54,610 nucleotides of DNA from Neoconidiobolus thromboides FSU 785 (taxonomy: Eukaryota; Fungi; Entomophthoromycota): assembly GCA_025603075.1 (NCBI GenBank), contig MU626396.1, forward strand, positions 1 to 54,610, in the 5' to 3' direction. Under the pieces are notes generated by a model. The model made no database searches, had not been told where the DNA came from, and saw nothing but the letters and a program-made list of their open reading frames with translations. Positions 49,073 to 54,610 of this stretch are shown piece by piece (position 1 is the first letter of the stretch; every line of letters starts with the position of its first letter). The position numbers and the translations under genes are program-made.

Positions 49073-50388
49073 TTAATTATTTAAATTAGCTAATACATCT
49101 GTAGGTAAACAATAAGCGGAATCTATACTTTTTAATTGTGAGTTTCCTAATAATGATAGCCCTAAATAGTAATTAACAACCTGATAAACAATGAATGGTA
49201 AAACATACCTGTTAGCCCAAATAAAGTATGGAATACGTCACTCATATGTCCAGGTCGGTCACAAAAGCCTCCAACTTCAACATCCTTTAATAAAGTATTA
49301 AGTATAACATTATGTTTACTATTGTTTTGTTACCTGACATTGTAATATAAAATTTGTCAATTTATCTTTATCAATCCAATCTACTCTATCTAACGTTTTT
49401 AAAGAGGACAATACCCACCATGAATAGCATACCTTTAAAAATTATTAAGATCTTTATAGAATTATAGTCAGTGAAAAAATTACATCTTCTAATTTTTCCG
49501 GGCGTCCATTTAAGCCACCATTAGGTAACTGTCTTTCAGCCAGCCACCAAGCTAAGCGGTCTCTTTTATCTCCCAAAAAGTCAAGCATATTGATGATCTT
49601 TAAGCTTGATACGCAACAGAAAACTAAATGTTACATCACAATAAAACGAAAAACAAAATTTATGAAAGACTGCTTACTTTGTCCTGCATGTGATTCTGCC
49701 CCTGGTATTGCTCCAAATCCAGAATCATAATTAAAACATTCAATAATCGAATTGGCTATCAAAATAAGATCAATCTCATTTAAAGCATTTAATAAAGATA
49801 ATGCATTAAGCGCTGAATAGCTAAACCTTGTATCCTTTTCACCCCATTTATCACCCATAAAGTGACCACTTTCTAGGCATTGTAACCCTTTTATAAATTG
49901 AATGATTTTTGGTTTAATGGACTCGATTCTGTCCAATCTATTGTAGATAGCTAATATTTGGATGCCGCTTAATGTATATAATAGATGAGAATCATGACCT
50001 GGGCTGCCACCAAAACCTCCGTCTGCGAAATTAAGCTATTATTTTTATATTTATATCATTGTTATAAATTACCTTCTTCATTATAACATTCTAATACAAA
50101 TTTGATTACATCTTCTTTATCATAGGTATCCAAGCTATCTAATAAATACAACGCGGTTACACTCCAATAAATGGCGCTCAATTTTAAATGTTCCGAATGC
50201 CAATATTCTAAAGTATCTTTTTTCTATGGAATTTAATTGTTAATGTTAGAAATGGAATTACTTATTATATAATCTTAAAATAATATCATTTTGTAATATT
50301 TGGTAAATTGAAATAGCTGAAACAAAATATTTACATCATTCAACTCCTTTAAAAAGCTTATATGTTTTTCTATCAATAAGGGTTGCAT
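49073..50388 (-). CDS. BET2: Rab geranylgeranyltransferase (GGTase II) beta subunit
   Basis: [74 protein letters not shown]...DVFHTLFG. Confidence 0.95.
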
Positions 50389-51004
50389 TTTAATATCGAA
50401 AAAAGTCAAAGTCGATTTTCGTGTTTACTCTGTTTTGGCTTTGGCTTTGTAAATAAAAATTATTTCAAATAATTTGTTCAATTTTAAAGAAAAATAAAAA
50501 CTAACTCAAAAAGAAAAAAATGTTAATTCATGAAACTAGGGATTTCTATCTAAAGGAATCATTGCTAAATGAAAGGATACTAAAAAGTAATGAGGGACCA
50601 TCTTGTTGATAGACAGAGAAGCACATATAATGAATTAATTATATCAAAAGTGAAAGCATTTTCCTACTTCATAAATCTAAAATCCATCATTTAAGACACA
50701 AAAATCATTTTAAAACATTGATAGACTTAGAAAAAGAAGGTTATAACAATTATTTGGCAATATCATATATGGGATTTTCATAAAAGCTCTTATTAAATGT
50801 ATAATATAAGAAGTTTCAATCATTCTTGGTATTATTTACTGCTCACACTGTCTAATTTATATTGTTTTCTCGATATTGCTTTTTATAAATAAATAGTTAG
50901 TCATCAAAAAAATAGTTTGTATAGTTCGAAAATTTGTGTGTTTTTAATTGTTATTTTTTATATAATCAATGTAAATGAAACATGTGCTTAAAAAATAGAC
51001 ATAG

Positions 51005-51088
51005 TATAAATTAAAACTATATAAATATATTATAAATTAAAACTATATAAATATATTATAAATTAAAACTATATAAATATATTATAAA
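51005..51088. repeat. Minisatellite, 26-bp unit x3.2
   Basis: TATAAATTAAAACTATATAAATATAT repeated perfectly at 51005, 51031 and 51057. Confidence 0.9.
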
Positions 51089-51187
51089 GTAAACATTATT
51101 AATATTTAGTTAGCTAAAAAGAGCAATTTTTATGTTTTTCCTTAAGGCAAAATTTAGATTGAGTTAAAACTAAAATACTAGAATATA

Positions 51188-51295
51188 TATATGGGAATGT
51201 ATTTTTTTGTGTTTAAGAATTTTACTAAATTTTCCATTCAAATAGCACTTAAAAGATGGAAAAAGTGATGAAGCTAAAAAAGACGCCCCCCATAT
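51188..51295 (+). mobile_element. ~100-bp MITE family, copy 12
   Basis: TA|TGGGAATGTATTTTT...AAAAAAGACGCCCCCA|TA. Confidence 0.8.
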
Positions 51296-51475
51296 ATTAA
51301 AATCAACAAATACATTATTGATTTAAAATTATTTTAATTTAATAGTGTGATGCTTAAGTTTTTAACACAATTTGAAAAATCAATTTTTATTATCGAAATA
51401 ATCAAAATAAGCCAATCAATTCTTTTTGTGATCAAATGCCCAATAACTCAATTAATTACCAACCATTGTAATCAA

Positions 51476-51582
51476 ATATACGGGGATGTTTTTTTTGACT
51501 TCGTTACTTTTTCCATTAAGCACTATTTGAACGGAAAATTTGTTAGTAAAATTCTTAAAAACAAAAATACATCTTCATATAT
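51476..51582 (-). mobile_element. ~100-bp MITE family, copy 13
   Basis: TA|CGGGGATG...CATCTTCA|TA; inverted relative to copy 12, ~180 bp apart. Confidence 0.8.
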
Positions 51583-51699
51583 TAAACATGTTAATCCAGG
51601 TGGTTTATTTGATTTGCGCTTTTTGAACAAATATATATTTAAAAATATAGACTATATGCTATCAAGTGTAATATGATATATTCGATTTACAGTGATAGC

Positions 51700-52830
51700 A
51701 AACATGGTGAATATAAACGATATAAATAAAAAGTTATTGAAAAAATGGGTTGTTGATGACACATGTAAGTACTGACACTTTTACTCTTGAAGAGTTATTA
51801 TATTGTCCAAATATCAAGTCTTTCGAGTTTTTTGATTTAGTTATTGATAGTGAGGACAGTAGTCTCTATGATAGTGTAGTGAGCATTCCATTATCAAGAT
51901 CCAAAAAAACAAGTATAATTCCTTATGAGTATAAAATTTAAAGTTTTTTCACTAATTATTTAAATCAAATTGAGTATTTCAAATCAGTTGAAACGGATAG
52001 TATACATATCAAAGAAGCAGTCAAGCATTTGAATCCAAACGACTTAAGATCATTTATATTGTTCTCTGAAGGATCCTTAAACATTGACGAAGCGAATGTC
52101 ATCAAAACAAGTTTCAAAAAGTTAAAAGGATTGCGTTTAAAGTATGATACAGTTGCTATGTCTCATGGAATGTTTAAATCAAATACAAAATTTGAATCCA
52201 GTTTAGAATTATAGGTCAAAGGGTTTCCAAATAATAAGACTATTCAATGTTTTAGGGATTTAAAGGGATTAAAAATAGAAACTTAATAGATAGCAATGAT
52301 GTAGTTTTTGCAGAAAATAACGCTAACAATAATATTAATTTATCTAAAGTCACTTAAGTAGTATAAGGTATATTTATGCAGATAATTAAATTAGCGAGAC
52401 ATTTGGAAATTTATTAGGCATAATAGAAGTGTGCATCCCAGAGTTGTCAGTAAATTTATTGGGATCTATATTTTTAGTATCGAATATTCAGGAAATTTGA
52501 TGTGAAAAGGGATTGATTAATATTCATATAGTATCAAGTTGTTTTGAGTATATATTTAGTATATCTAATTTTCTTGATGGTCCACATAAATTGATTCAAT
52601 GTAAATTTATAAAATAAATCGAAGTGTGGTCTTATGAGGAGATGCTTATAAGATTTAGTCGTTTTTTATCTATTTTTCCAAAGCTTAATCCTTTACTTTT
52701 TGAAATCAAGTGTAAATTCCGGGGATACTTACTAGAAGATACAGTACAAATAAAAAAGAAGGACAATTATTCAAGCAGCTACAAGAGGAAAGTAGAGTTT
52801 TTATAGTTCAAACGCTATGATTTTATAAAA
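51700..52830 (+). pseudogene. Degenerate gene relic (LRR/F-box-associated-like)
   Basis: Several short same-strand ORFs with protein-like, LRR-flavoured text (LEELLYCPNIKSFEF; FKKLKGLRLKY; FLSIFPKLNPL) separated by stops; family not firmly identifiable. Confidence 0.3.
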
Positions 52831-54610
52831 GACTGTAAAATCTTGTACATGATAATTTTCTTACATCTACTTAATAAATCAAATACTGTAGTGATGCGAG
52901 AAGTTAAAATATTTCACAATATGTACGGCTATAATAATCAGTATAATGGACCCAACTAGGATAAAGGCTATTTTTCTATCAATGAATTAATAGTTATCTG
53001 GGATATGATGAGTTTGTGGACTTTAGTTCTTTTGGGCGAGGAACCACAAAGGAAAAAGCAATTCTGATCTTTGGTTTGTGATATATAAGCTAATTAAAAC
53101 ATCTCTTAAACGGCTAATTAAATGGCAGGTTAGTGTCTTTCACTTAGAAAATTACTTGTATTGTAGCTAGCATGAGAAGACAATAAAGAGAGAATTTTAC
53201 TATAATTTTTATACTATTGAGCATGAGAAAAAGCTTAGTATTTAGAATAAGATAGACTATAAATTACTCTATAATCAAATATGTAATTTTTTAAGATAAA
53301 ATTATGAATAAACCTTTACTATAGCAACTGGTTTATAAGCTGTATATTTTATAATATCGTATTGTATGTTGATAGCATAGCATCACTATTCTTTACTCCA
53401 GTATACCTATTATATATACCCGGATTCAGGCATGCAGACCATAAACCATAATTTTAAATACATGTCACTGAAACCAAAAGACAGTACTTTATTTTGAACC
53501 CCTAATAACTACAATGTAATCAAATAGCATTCACATTCTCATACTAAGAGCATTTCCCTCATATGCTTTATTTATTTCCTTTTTTATTTTATGCATACAA
53601 TAGGACATTTAAGATTTTGTATCTATAAGGAGCTTTTTAAAATGCTAAAAAAGTTACTATAATGAAAGAAAGGATCTGGTAACATAATAAAGTTTTACTA
53701 TAGAGCATTTTTTTGTTCTACTAGCTAATAAAACTACCAAGTATCTATTAATAAAATCATTAAATATGTTGAAAAATAGTTCTATTTAAGAGACTATTCT
53801 AATATTTACAGTATATTGTTATAAAGATCTTATTTAAGGCATTTATTTAAGATAGTATAAATAAATAGTTTTTGTAGCCTTTATTGTTGATGTATGATTC
53901 TTTAAATCACTTTTTGATTACTTGATCCTAAAATGACTTGTATTTCAATGTTGCAAAGAGCAAACTGCTTTATCTAGTCAATGACAGCTAACTTTACTAT
54001 AATTTTTTAGTTTATTGTTTGTTTAGTTCAAAAATTGACCAAAAAATATAGGAAACTAAAATTCAAAACAATTTTCGTTATAACAGATTTCCATATAATG
54101 TAACCTCATCTATTGAGTTGAGACCCCGACCTCTAAAATTAGTTTTTAAGCTTTGGGGCTTTGAGACCTATCTATTAACCTGAAATTTTTTTTAGATCAA
54201 GTTGAACTATGTAACTATCGATATCCGTTAAATTGGGATCTATAGCATTTAAAACTATATTACTAAAATAAGTAATCATATTAAAATTGATTAAAGTGAA
54301 ATGTATGTTGTTAAAGTTAAAACTTAGCAATTAAATCTCACACCTACTTTAACTATACCATATGGGGCTGTCCTAATTGGTTTCAGAATCTACTTAGAAA
54401 TTAATCCAAATTTAAAATTTCAAGTTTGTGTCCAATATAACGGTTAAATCTAAAAAGCCTAAAATTAAATGTCTCTATTTAAAACTTATTTTAATTGTTT
54501 CCTTTTCCTAAATAGCTAATTTTCCTAACTATATATTTTATGTTAGTTCTGTTAGATATTTAACAGATATATAATATATAACTATATGATTATATAATTA
54601 TATAAATACA

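Noticed and set aside
26336-51676. Short ORFs 26336-26572, 32995-33189, 34752-34967 and 51347-51676 sharing KHY(L)xGKxVxxILK or EKMMKPKK text
   Set aside because: Translations of the MITE sequence, not genes

Overview
Very AT-rich, intron-containing eukaryotic DNA with 45-65 nt GT-AG introns and CTAAC/TACTAAT-like branch sites. It is most consistent with an early-diverging fungus, and an Entomophthorales/Conidiobolus-like origin is inferred but not proven. The window has two kinds of territory. A dense housekeeping block (~7.0-22.8 kb, plus ~47.3-50.4 kb) carries MDM35, a CUE/CCCH/Smr protein, an SV2-like MFS transporter, Rab escort protein, an EH-domain protein, an M17 aminopeptidase, probable MED19, GEP4, a UPF0658 membrane protein, an SDR, Rab GGTase beta and tRNAs. 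Gene-sparse accessory stretches carry intronless, mostly secreted or membrane genes: a 372-aa Cys-rich secreted orphan, a class-3 lipase, two beta/gamma-crystallin-fold secreted proteins plus two pseudogenes of that family fused head-to-head, a tandem Kunitz/BPTI protein, a rhodopsin-like GPCR and a DUF4203-like protein. They also hold F-box and SDR relics and 13 copies of a ~100-bp TA-flanked MITE showing CpG decay. A GC-richer, hairpin-rich ORF-less island at ~7.7-7.96 kb is a candidate ncRNA. All calls come from manual reading and recalled family motifs; no database searches were run, and exon boundaries are approximate.
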